Position numbers and translations under genes: made by a program
Assembly: GCA_965112155.1 (NCBI GenBank)
Contig: OZ218101.1
Reading direction: 5' to 3' (one strand)
DNA from: Podarcis liolepis
Taxonomy: Eukaryota
DNA: 64,000 nt
Notes under the pieces: model-generated
What the model was told of the DNA's origin: nothing
The model's database searches: none
The model's input: the letters and a program-made list of their open reading frames with translations, nothing else
Shown: piece by piece, positions 50,707 through 62,305 of the stretch
Numbering within the stretch: position 1 is the stretch's first letter
Layout of the letters: each line of letters opens with the position of its first letter

Positions 50707-51477
50707 TATTTGTTCTGTGGTGAGCTTGCTAATCTGCTTATGTTATTTATCTGACTTCTTTTTACAGATTCTGGAAGTTTTGGGTGCCACGCAACTAAAT
50801 GAATGCACTAGCGTGATGGTTAGCGCTAATGCGATGGGCCTTCCCTGCCCCCATCTCCCCCCAGTGGAGTACCTTGGGCTCTCAAATTTCAGTAGCACCC
50901 TGTGCAATGCCATAATTCAACCCCCCTCCACCTCTTGCACTCCATTCTAAATCATAGTTGTGGCGTCCCCTACGGTGCCCCCAAGATCCGGTGCCCAGTG
51001 CAACCAAACCAGTTGTGCTTCCCTCAATCTACCTCTGCTTCCACCATCCCCAAATCCAGAGATTGAGAGAATCCCCATAACAGATTTCGGATGTGCACAG
51101 GGGGAGGAAAGCGAGAGAACATTATGTGGGGCTAGGAGAAATCCTAGCGCTGATGGAGCAATTTGGTTGCAACAATAAATTATACGATTATAAAACATAT
51201 GCAACCATTAAATGAGACATTGCGTTGTATGCAACTCATAGAAGACCCATTGGGATGAATGCACAAGCTTATCTTGTGCCCATTAATTTTAATGGGTCTA
51301 CTCTGTGTAAAGCTAGGCTGGATAAAACCCTCGAGTAAAAGTTCTTGCAGAATAGGAGCTTGTTTTATCATTATAGGGCAGGAATAGGGAACCTATGGCC
51401 TTCCAGTTGTTGTTGGAGTACATGTTCCACCTTCTCTAACCATTGACCATGCTTGGTGGGACTAATGAGGATTGGAG

Positions 51478-51780
51478 TTTATTCCACAACACGTTCTGAT
51501 AGACATCAGCTACCAATCCAATACAGATTTAGGTGTGGTTTTAAGCCTATTGAAATCAATATAATGGATGAAATCTGTACACAGAGATATCTGTGCATAG
51601 AGAAATCTGTACACAGCAATATCTGGAAAGTTGTGTTTCCCCATCAGCACTGAAAGGTTTAATGCACTAATCTCTGCTTGCAGATTTCATCAAATATCTT
51701 GATTCCAATAGGTTTAAAACCACACCTAAATCTGTATTGGATTGGTAGCTAATGTCTATCAGAACGTGTTGTGGAATAAA
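51478..51780. repeat. Long imperfect inverted repeat (arms ~110-120 bp, spacer ~65 bp)
   Basis: 51478-51598 is reverse-complementary to 51662-51780; outer ~65 bp differ at only one position. Confidence 0.95.
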
Positions 51781-52246
51781 TCCAGTTTTTGATGTGCACA
51801 CATCACCAATGCCTCCCTCACTGTATGTTTAGCAAAACATGAGGGTAGGGCTTGACTGATTTTCATCATTATTAGAGAAAAAGGCATTAGTGTTTTCTTA
51901 CAGATGGTCACCTATGCTGGAAGCACATGAAGAGAATCCTAAATTGTGGAAAGATTATTCTAAATTTAGGGAAGCATTAACTCCCTAATGCTAAAGGTGG
52001 AGCCATGCTGCTAAACATATTAGTATTTCCTAATTCAAACACCTGTTCTGCCCAAAAGATACATAAAAAGCTCTTATTTATTGCTCGCATCTCCATTTCA
52101 GATTTAATTTCACTATAAATTCATCTCATGTTAATTTATGTACAAACAAAGGCACACACATTTTAAATATCCAAAATGCTGGAAATAAACTTATTTTTTA
52201 ATTTTGTGCTTGTTTTCTATTTGTCAACCAGCACATGAAAGGACGG

Positions 52247-52490
52247 NNNNNNNNNNNNNNNNNNNNNNNNNNNNNNNNNNNNNNNNNNNNNNNNNNNNNN
52301 NNNNNNNNNNNNNNNNNNNNNNNNNNNNNNNNNNNNNNNNNNNNNNNNNNNNNNNNNNNNNNNNNNNNNNNNNNNNNNNNNNNNNNNNNNNNNNNNNNNN
52401 NNNNNNNNNNNNNNNNNNNNNNNNNNNNNNNNNNNNNNNNNNNNNNNNNNNNNNNNNNNNNNNNNNNNNNNNNNNNNNNNNNNNNNNNNN
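52247..52490. other. Assembly gap (N-run)
   Basis: 244 consecutive N. Confidence 1.
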
Positions 52491-53046
52491 ATTAAGCTCG
52501 GAGTTCTATATTTTGTGTACCATACCATTTAGGGTTCCCATAATATTTTTCCTATAAAGAGAGGCTAAATAGATATGACATAACTATTCTAATAACTTCA
52601 GTGGCTATATATAGGCCATATAGAAGCACATCTTTCTCTCTCCCTCCCTCTATATCTTTACAGACCAAGGAAGCTCTAGTTAAAGTTGGTTTCTGTATTC
52701 CATTTTCAGTTGCTAACTTCATCCATCCATTCCTCAGGGGCTAAATTTTTACATTTCTTATCTCAACCCGAAAGGTGACTTAAGAAAGAGAAGGAAAGAG
52801 TACAAGTAAACTTGACTTAGACATTTTTAATAAGTGAGAAGGAAAGAAATATCCTTCTCTCTATTACATCCAGAAACTTCTCGCTGAACTTTTATCCAAT
52901 AGCTGTTGTTCTTTGGCTGGGCAGGATGCAAGCAACTGCAGACATTTGTCTTAACCACATTAAGAAGCTATGTGTTGTAGTGACTACGTATAGGGATGAG
53001 CTTCTCAGTTGGAGAAGCATTGAGTTGTAAGACACTAATGTTGCAA

Positions 53047-53231
53047 AGGCAGAAGACCTTCTTGGTAGTGGTACCAGCCCTGTGGAACACCCTCCCATCA
53101 GATGTCAAGGAAATAAACAGCTATCTGACATTTAGAAGACATTTGAAGGCAGTCCTGTTTGGGGAAGTTTTTAATGTTTGATGTTTTATCATGTTTCTAA
53201 TATTCTGTTGGGAGCAGCCCAGAGTGGCTGG
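53047..53231 (+). mobile_element. L2-clade LINE 3' fragment
   Basis: VVVPALWNTLPSDVKEINSYLTFRRHLKAVLFGEVFNV. Confidence 0.85.
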
Positions 53232-53923
53232 TCAGGCACCTTATCCAAAAATTCCTATAATCTTGTAGGTCCTAAATCACCACTTGGTGGCTTGCTGATA
53301 CTTGTATTGAGTGATTTTGCTCCTAGCCCAACATATGAATATGGGTGCTCACGTGGAACCAAAACTATCGGCTTTGACATCCCAGGTGGCTATAGGTCAA
53401 GAAAGATCTCTTCATGAGAACCTACTGAAAGCATATTCAAACAATAGATACATCTTCCACACAGTTCCAAATATTGTTCAACTGCATTTTCAGTTGATCA
53501 TGGAACCAGTGCTTCATTAATTCCCACAATTAGCTGAACCACCTGATTACAGTAAAGAAAGTAATAGCATTGAAACTATCTACTTGATAGTTGAAGTCAT
53601 CTGAAGACTGATGCTCCCCTTATCTCCTAAAGGAGGGAAAGGGGACCTGCGGCTTTTTGGATAGTGTTGGACTCCATCTCCCATTAGCCCCAGCTACCAG
53701 AGCCAATGGTCAAGGAGGATGGGAGTTATAGTCCAACCACAACTGGAAAGCCGTGCCCACCCTCATTTTACAGGTTGCCTACAAGTGAAAAGTTGTCATG
53801 CTGAACACATTAGACAGCTGCTTGTGTTTCAAGAAACACATTCAAGCTCTTTCAGACCAAGAAAGTAACTTCAAGAGATGACATAGCAGATAGCATTTCT
53901 TCTTATGATGCAAGATGTGCCTA

Positions 53924-54168
53924 CAGTGGTATCTCGGGTTACATACGCTTCAGGTTACATACGCTTCAGGTTACAGACTCCGCTAACCCAGAAATAGTGC
54001 TTCAGGTTAAGAACTTTGCTTCAGGATGAGAACAGAAATCGTGCTCCGGCGGCGCTGCAGCAGCAGCAGGAGGCCCCATTAGCTAGAGTGGTGCTTCCGG
54101 TTAAGAACAGTTTCAGGTTAAGTACAGGCCTCTGGAACGAATTAAGTACTTAACCTGAGGTACCACAG
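53924..54168. mobile_element. Tigger/pogo-like MITE
   Basis: TA-CAGTGGTATCTCGGGTTA ... TAACCTGAGGTACCACAG-TA. Confidence 0.9.
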
Positions 54169-54599
54169 TATTGAGAAGCTGCACCAAGTTCAAAGGGACA
54201 TGATGCCACATAAATAGGTATAAAATTACACCCCTGAGGGGCATTTGTGGTGCCCATGAGTCAAATGTGTCTCCTCTAACACAGTTCTACCCATTCTGCA
54301 TGCGGAGCCTGGAGCATATACTGCTGATGTTATTCCTTCTTTTTAATGGTGATCCATCCAACCATTCCAAAATGGTGCCAAGCTTGAAAGAAATGTGAGT
54401 CATTATTTTCAAATTATACACAGCCTGGATGTTGCAAACATGTTTCAGTGAGTGTGGTTGTTCTAATATGTTGTCGAGCTCTTTGTGGTGTGCTTTGATT
54501 TACGCCCTCTATCAGCCACCTTATTCTATTCAAACATTTATCACATCATTGAAATTCCTTATTTGCCCAGTTGTTCTGCTCTGAGGTTTGTCTGTTTAC

Positions 54600-54730
54600 C
54601 CTGCACAGCACAGTTCAAGAGGGATGTTGACAAGTTGGAAAGGATTCAAAGGAGAATTGCAAAGATGATAAGGGGTCTGGAAGGTAAATCCTGTAAAGGA
54701 CAGGCCGAAACAATGAGACTATGCTAAGAT
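54600..54730 (+). mobile_element. Old CR1 ORF2 fragment
   Basis: AQFKRDVDKLERIQRRIAKMIRGLEGK. Confidence 0.7.
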
Positions 54731-55512
54731 GAGACAAAAGAGACCAAAAGGGGGGCTTTAAACAATCCTTAGAAACATGAAAGAAAGAAGATATTACTTA
54801 CTGGATTAAGACTTCAATCCTATATTAATTTGGGAAGAAAACCCATTAAATTCAGTGGAACTTTCTTCTGAGCAGACATGTACAGGATTGTACTGTAAGA
54901 GGCATGTATTGTAAAGGGTCTCAGAAGATGGAGAATAATCCTTTACACCAGGGGTGGGGAACTTCAGGCCCTCCACCACTTTTTAATCTGGTCCCAGTGA
55001 CCAGGGACACTGACTTGCCCCCCACATTGAGAGGGTGCAGTCATGTGATGTGTCATGTGACATGGATGCCACTCGGCATGCGCCAGGCGGTAGCCGGGCT
55101 ACAGCTGAGATGAGCAAAGCAAAGTTTGCCCACGCTGGTCCCAGTCATATGGAGGCTGGGATGAGTGTAGGCAATCATTGCTTCACTCATCCCAGCCTCA
55201 GCTTGGCTCCTGGGCTGCTGGGCAGAGGTTGCGGCTGGGGCCCCCTGCCAAACAATATTGGGGAAGCTGAAGCCCCCTCTGCTCCATATACCTGGCATTG
55301 CTGCCAGTGACTCTGTTCTCACCACAGCCTTTCCTCAGCCGGATCACTTTTCACCAGCTCTGATTTTTACCCTTCTTGAGTATTTTTGCTTGGCTGGAAT
55401 GTGTCCTTGAGTACTGATAAAGCCTCTTGCTTCCTTGAAGAGACAGGGATGTGTGAGTGTGTGTAGAAACTAGACTACTGCACTATATACCATATACTAT
55501 GCATACTATCAA

Positions 55513-55720
55513 TAGGTTTGCCATATGCCCGGCAGTTGGCAGCAGTGTCCGGGCAGGAATAGGGGAAGTGTTTGGGAAAATCCGACCTAGTGCTGTTTTT
55601 GCTGTTTTCCCATAAAAATACCTCAGAAATGGTTTTTTTTTTTTGTGTGTGTGTTTGTTCACTCAGAAAGCTCATCAACTTTTCTGTCCAGATTTTCACT
55701 GTTTGAAATATGGCAACCCT
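55513..55720. mobile_element. MITE related to 2814-3063
   Basis: AGGTTTGCCATA ... TATGGCAACCCT ends. Confidence 0.6.
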
Positions 55721-55793
55721 AATCTCCAAGTCAAGTCACTTTATCGTGCATAGTGTGAAGAATGCTGCTTGCCATCATGTCCTGACTGCAGAG

Positions 55794-56024
55794 AGAAAGA
55801 AGATTCCACCTAAACATTAGGAAGAACTTCCTGACAGTAAGAGCTGTTCGACAGTGGAATTTGCTGCCAAGGAGTGTGGTGGCGTCTCCTTCTTTGGAGG
55901 TCTTTAAGCAGAGGCTTGACAGCCATATGTCAGGAGTGCTCTGATGGTGTTTCCTGCTTGGCAAGGGGTTGGACTCGATGGCCCTTGTGGTCTCTTCCAA
56001 CTCTATGATTCTATTATTCTATGA
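55794..56024 (+). mobile_element. Young CR1 3' end, same family as 12820-15858
   Basis: Near-identical to 15636-15858; ATTCTATG-type tail. Confidence 0.92.
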
Positions 56025-56845
56025 GGGTTATCAGGTATATTGCATGACAGTAGAGATGATGGGGAAGAAAGTCGTTTGGTGCTCCTTTTGCAATGGACAG
56101 ACCCAGCCTGACACTCCTGAACTTGCTTGTGGGTCAGAATCCAACAGTCAGTCAGATGACACACTTCTTCGGATTTTGCGGTGCAGATTAAGTGTGCAAA
56201 AAGTGCACCCAAGGTAAGCGTTGTACATAAAAAACAAGTATTTTACATTTAAAAAAACCCATTATACATAAAAATGAGTGTTTTGCATTTACAAATGTAT
56301 ACAATGTGCATAATTTATGGGGAAAGGCATTGAGAATTGCATGTTTTACATAAATAGTGAGTACACTTTAAATGCAGGCTTTGTGTGTGTTCTTTCAACA
56401 AATTTGCAGAATGAAACGGCTCAACATGAGCATGAGAGAAACTGCAGTGGGGTGGAATTAGCCTTCTTGCTCCATCCCTAATTTTACCTTTGGCTGGCTG
56501 TAATGGAAAACAAAACACAATCATTCAATGCAACATTAATAAGCAATACGAAGGGGTATTTTGTCAGTCCAAGGTGACTTTTACTTGACTCAGCTCCAGC
56601 TGCCACCTATAATTGTGACAGCATTTCATCTAGAGGGTTGGGGTGGCATCAAAGCTCGATACCTGTTTCTCTACCAGATCTGGCTTGACAGTAGAAAGCA
56701 AGAAGCCCCAAAACAAGGCTGGAAAGAAATAGCCCTCTCCCATTAGTACTCTCCAGCAACAGCTATGCTGGTGATTTCTCCAGACCTCATGCATCCACAG
56801 GACAGAGCCGTTGTCCATGAAATTTATTTAAGCTATTTATATTTA

Positions 56846-57068
56846 CAGTGGTACCTTGGGTTACAGACGCTTCAGGTTACAGACTCCGCTAACCCAGAAA
56901 TAGTACCTCGGGTTAAGAACTTTGCTTCAGGATGAGAACAGAAATCGCGTGACGGTGGCATGGCAAGCAGGAGGCCCCATTAGCTAAAGTGGTACCTCAG
57001 GTAGGAACGGTTTCAGGTTAAGAACGGACCTCCAGAATGAATTAAGTTCTTAACCCGAGATAGCACTG
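56846..57068. mobile_element. Tigger/pogo-like MITE
   Basis: TA-CAGTGGTACC ... GCACTG-TA. Confidence 0.9.
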
Positions 57069-57139
57069 TATAGCAACCCCATGAGGTAGTTTAAAGTGAG
57101 AGGTGGGGCTTTGCATTTGGCATCTAAAAGAAATTTATA

Positions 57140-57360
57140 CAGTGGTACCTCGGGTTACAGACGCTTCAGGTTACAGACTCCACTAACCCAGAAATAGTAC
57201 CTTGGGTTAAGAACTTTGCTTCAGGATAAGAACAGAAATCGGGCGGGGGTGGCGGGGCAGTGGCAGTGGGAAGCCCCATTAGCTAAAGTGGTACCTCAGG
57301 TTAAGAACAGTTTCAGGTTAAGAACAGACCTCCAGAACGAATTAATTTCTTAACCCACTG
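57140..57360. mobile_element. Tigger/pogo-like MITE (small deletion in 3' TIR)
   Basis: TA-CAGTGGTACCTCGGGTTA ... TAACCCACTG-TA. Confidence 0.9.
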
Positions 57361-59236
57361 TATATGCCTGGATTTCAGCTAAACTAGGACAAAACTGGAT
57401 GTAATGTAAGTCATGTCAATAGCCCTTGTAAAATTATTGAAAAACAAGCAAATTGTGTGTATATGTGTGTGTGTCCAAATTGGAACTGTGGCATTAAGGA
57501 GGGACATTAGCCCTTGGCCCTCACCACAGTTCTAATCCAAATCACCCCCTCCCAGGGTAAAATAGTAGATTAGGACCATGGCAGGGCAAAAGGTCAAAGC
57601 TCCTCCTCATATCATGGTCTCCATTTAGTCCTCCATTCCTCCTGCTACATCTATTTATTTTTCAAAATAATCACGCAAGAGGGTGCTTAACGCCACATCC
57701 AGTTTGGCCTTTGTTAATGGGACTTCACTTTTTAAGGCAAAATTATCCAACTTAATTGGTTTACTTATCTTGCTGATAACCTGGAACCCGATTATAATCA
57801 ATTTCAAAGGAATGAAATAGATGTGTCGAACTATATCGCCAGTAGGGTGTACGTACGGCTGTTCTGCATTCTCTTTCAAATATCACTTTGTGAATGCCAA
57901 TAATAATAAAAAAGCACACATACCGCAAGGCTAGTTCACGTGTTTGGGAACTCTAAGACAATACTTTGAACAATGTGACTGTATAAACAACACATCTGAG
58001 AGCATAATACAGGTTTGTGTGTATGTGTGTGTTTTATCACACAGCAGTTCCAACAAATCTGCGATAGATTCATGTTGCCACCAGATACATTGGGGGGAAA
58101 ACAAGTCAACAAGAGTGTTTCTTGGGAAAACCAGCCAATTTACTTGTGTAACCATCACATCTTTGCACAAATCTTTATTCTCTAGCAAACAGCAGTTCTG
58201 GTGCAAACTATTTCCCCCCTTTGGTGTCATCACAGACTCTTTTGTAACATAGCAGACCTTGTTCTGACGAGTCCAGGAAAAAAAGACTTGCTACCATGAT
58301 TTTAACTGGAAGGAGATATGAAAAACAAATAAATCCAGATCTTGTGAGATGGCAGGGGAGCAAGGAAGAGATTTTTTTTTTCCTTTTGAGACAGCATCCA
58401 GGGAATGAATCTAGAAATAACAATTAGGGGCACCTCTCTAAAAAATGGGTTTTGAACATACAACGCATCCTTGCAATTTGATATTAGCAAGCTGTGTCCC
58501 AAGTTTTAATTAAAAAAAAAATGCTATGAGAAATCTCAACAGTGATGACATAATTTCACATCCCATCTTTGACAGTCACTTTTTAGTCTGTAACCATTAT
58601 TCATTTACTTTATTCATTTACTTTAGCCACTGCTAAAACTTTGGCTTCATTATACAAGGCCAATTAAAAGAGGAAGACTGCTGAGGAAACATAATAGCAC
58701 TTCCTTCAATTTATTACTCACGGTAGATGGCTTACAAAAAGAGAGAGAGGGGGAAAAAGGGGGGGGGAGAAGTCTCCGGGAAAAAAACACCCTTGTTCTG
58801 TTCGCAAGGCTGATGCATAGCTGCTTATGCTATAGATAATTAAGTGTTTTGGTGGGAAATTTGTTCATGAGACGGTTATATAATTAGACAAATTTGTTCA
58901 CCTATCTTGGTTCATTGAAGTCTCCATGAGCTTCCTTTGCTTGGCAATGGGTCCTGATCCTAGAAGCTTTTATGCCTGATTAATTGTCAATATTAGGCAG
59001 GGGTTTGCTCATTAGCTTCGTGCAGGGCACATTGCCACTTGCAACAAGCCCCATTTGGAGAGATGATGTGTTAACTGTTAATAAACTGCAGTGTGCTGGT
59101 TGTTTATAAAACCGCAGCGTGCTAAAGGCAAGGCACATTCTGATACATTTCCGAGGGAAACAGCATAAATACATTTCCCCCCCTGTCCCTTGTATAAGCA
59201 GCAGAGCCAGTCAGGAATCTTATTGCATCCCCAGTG

Positions 59237-59237
<1 letters not shown>

Positions 59238-59278
<41 letters not shown>
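59238..59278. repeat. (CA)n microsatellite
   Basis: Direct reading. Confidence 0.95.
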
Positions 59279-59281
<3 letters not shown>

Positions 59282-59651
59282 TTTACTGCGTATTATTCAG
59301 GCAACATTTCAGGGGTTTTCCATCTGTCATGTCAACTACTTTAAATCACACGTACCCTGGTTTTCAACAAGAAGGAAGGAAATTAAAGTTCATATATTTC
59401 TACCAGACGCATTATTTGGTTGGGATATTTGTTGTCAGGGACTCGGCTCTGAATCTGAAGTTTGGTAGAGAAATTTGCATCCTGTTGAATTCAGCTCTTC
59501 CAAATCTGCTTTCTGACTAATTAGGCCCAATGCTAGGCAGTTCGTTCTTCCTAGCCTCCCCCATTAGAAAGTCTGAAGTGTGCTGTCTATCTGAAACTAC
59601 TGCTCGCCTTATTGACAGGCAGTTGGGTCTCCTCCAGAATATTCCTAACTA

Positions 59652-59653
<2 letters not shown>

Positions 59654-59684
<31 letters not shown>
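59654..59684. repeat. (TG)n microsatellite
   Basis: Direct reading. Confidence 0.95.
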
Positions 59685-59686
<2 letters not shown>

Positions 59687-60551
59687 AGACTTGCAGTTAG
59701 AAGCCATATTTTTGCAGGGCTGTGCTCAGGCCTATAGGTGTCATTAGTGCTTGTGCCAGCGAGGACTCTAGAGTCTTCTACTCTTCCTTGCCCCTAACAA
59801 CTTTAATTTTTTTTTTAAGCCTCGGTTCCGGAGGAAACATGTTGTATAAGACCACCACGCAGTTAGATTTTTTACAAAACCAAAAAAGTCAAAGAATTGG
59901 GAAAAGGGCTATTTCCAAACCCCAAGCACTATGCAAATATGGTCATCTTCCAGGCACTGCTGCTCTCTGCAGTGGGAAAAGGCTGCCTCCATATTCTCCA
60001 GCATTGCAACTGCGTTTCGTGAAAGGTGACTGACAGAGGCTCAAAACTCAGAGGTCTTCTGTGCTCGCAAAAACTAAAGAGATGGTGCCAAAAGGCTCCC
60101 GACTCTAGAGAGGGCTTTTCAGAGGCTTATGGCTGTGTAGAAGACAGCACAATCAGCAATTCACGCCAGCACAGAGATGAATACAGGAGAAGAAAATGCC
60201 ACCAAGAAAATAGGGTGGAAGTATTTATGGGTTCGCAGCTCCCCGTGCTCCTGTTAGGACAATCAGCCTCCAGTCATGGAGAGCTGGAGCTACTTTGAGT
60301 AAATGTATGTGGGGTTTGAGGCCATGTGTACAAGCCTGGGATAATGATGGTAGGGCCTGACCTTCTCCGCTGTCTCAGTTCCTCCTTGTTTAACTCTTAA
60401 ATTTGCCTCTCTACATTTCTGCAGCAATTCACAACTTTTAAAAAATGCATTCTTATGAAAATTCTTCAGAACAAATTTCTTCTAACAAGCAGTTTTGACT
60501 AATGGACATATCTTTGCAAGCAATTTCTCCTAATGATATGCATGTTTTCTG

Positions 60552-60554
<3 letters not shown>

Positions 60555-60591
<37 letters not shown>

Positions 60592-60700
60592 TATTTATAC
60601 CCCGCCCATCCAACAGAATATTAAAATACAATAGTCAGTTAAACATTAAAAGCTTCCCTCAACAGGGCTGCTTTCAGATGTCTTCTAAAAGTCTGGTAGT
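60555..60700 (-). mobile_element. L2 3' end with (TAT)n tail, nested in an old dispersed repeat (~60350-60885)
   Basis: (AAT)n, TTTATACCCCGCCCATC and TTCAGATGTCTTCTAAAAGTC are the reverse complement of the L2 tail seen at 49900-50060. Confidence 0.8.
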
Positions 60701-61904
60701 TATTTTCCTCAATATTTTCATTTTTTTTGTAAAAATTGCTTGGTTGGAGAACCTCATCCCAAAATTCGGACCCATGTGAATTTCAAAGAATGTCTGTGTT
60801 TTGGTTCTCATATTGTTTTTCGAAAGTGCAAAATTGGAAGATTCACCTTTAAATATCATCTGAATCCAATTCCTTCCCCATCCTGAGCTGTGAGTAAGTC
60901 ACACTGAACACAGTGGGCCTTCTGAATAAACTTGAACAGAATTGCGCTGTACATCTCAGGGTAAAATAAATATAACAGTTTCCTTCTGTTACATTTGGTA
61001 AAGAGCCCCACCTGTAAGCAAGTGTCTGCAATATTGTGAATGGAAAAAGTGTGAGTGCATATGCATCTCTACGTGGCTGTGTAAGAGAATGGAAACGTCT
61101 GTTTCGATGGGATCGCCTGCTGTTCATTTTAAAATTGGCAGTATACATTTCAGAAGAGATCAAAAGTGGTTTTGTTTAAATATCCTCATCCCAGATTCCT
61201 GCTTTGATGATCCCTAGGTGCAGCACAAGATCGTTATCGGTGCTTCGACTTGTGCCACGCAAAGTGTAGTTTGAAAATTAAGTGCTTTTTCTTCTGCTAT
61301 ACTTGAGACAAGTTAAAAGTTCAAAATGAGCAGGACACTCCCCATCCCCAGACTGCTCCATAATTATCCAGGAAAACTGGCTTACATACAATTTGGCTTA
61401 GGCTATACATCTAAAACAAGAATGGTGAACCTGTAGCCCTCTAGCAGTTTTTGGACTACACCTTCCATCATCCTTTACATTGGCAGTGATCCCTGGTGTC
61501 ATGGACTGGCTGGATCTTTTGTCTCTAAAGAGCCTGGGAAGATAAAAAGAGTGTTTTGCCTAGTGCCAAAAGAACATAAAAGAAGTTCCTCTCATGGGAG
61601 AACATTGGGGCAATGTAGAAACTTCCCCATTGCATTCCAGCACACAAAATGCAGGTGGGGAGTGGGTGCAGAGCCCACAATCTGTCTCAGGGGTGTTAAA
61701 CAAACAAAAGCAAGCAAGCAAACGTCAAGAGCCACCTCATTGACTGATCATCAATGCTTTCTGGAACTCAGTGCAATGGGCTTCTCAAGACCCAATCTTT
61801 GACACTGAGTTTTGCAGGCTATGCTGATCAGCAGTGCCTGAATTGTGCCTCTTGGCTCCACTGTTTTTACCTGTCCCACCACTGACATCATTGATCATAT
61901 ACCC

Positions 61905-62305
61905 TGGTCCTGAAAGACCTACATTGGCTCCCAGTATGTTTCCAAGCACAATTCAAAGCGTTGGTGCTGACCTTTAAAGCCCTAAATGGCCTCGGCCCAG
62001 TATACCTGAAGGAGCATCTTCACCCCCATCATTCTGCCCAGACACTGAGGTCCAGCTCCGAGGGCCTTCTGGCAGTTCCCTCCCTGCGAGAAGTGAGGTT
62101 ACATAGAACCAGGCAGAGGGCCTTCTCAGTAGTGGCGCCCGCCCTTTGGAATGCCCTTCCTTCAGATGTGAAGGAAATAAGCAACTATCTGACTTTTAGA
62201 AGACATCTGAAGGCAACCGTGTTTAGGGAAGTTTTTAATATTTGATGTTTTTAATATTCTGTTGGGAGCTGCCCAGAGTGGTTGTGGAAACCAAGTCAGA
62301 TGAGT
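61905..62305 (+). mobile_element. L2-clade LINE 3' end
   Basis: VLTFKALNGLGPVYLKEHLHPH...LKATVFREVFNI. Confidence 0.88.

Noticed and set aside
50768-50820. Possible exon after acceptor-like tttttacag (DSGSFGCHATK resembles an Ig-domain motif)
   Set aside because: In-frame stop follows immediately; no good donor site and no partner exons.
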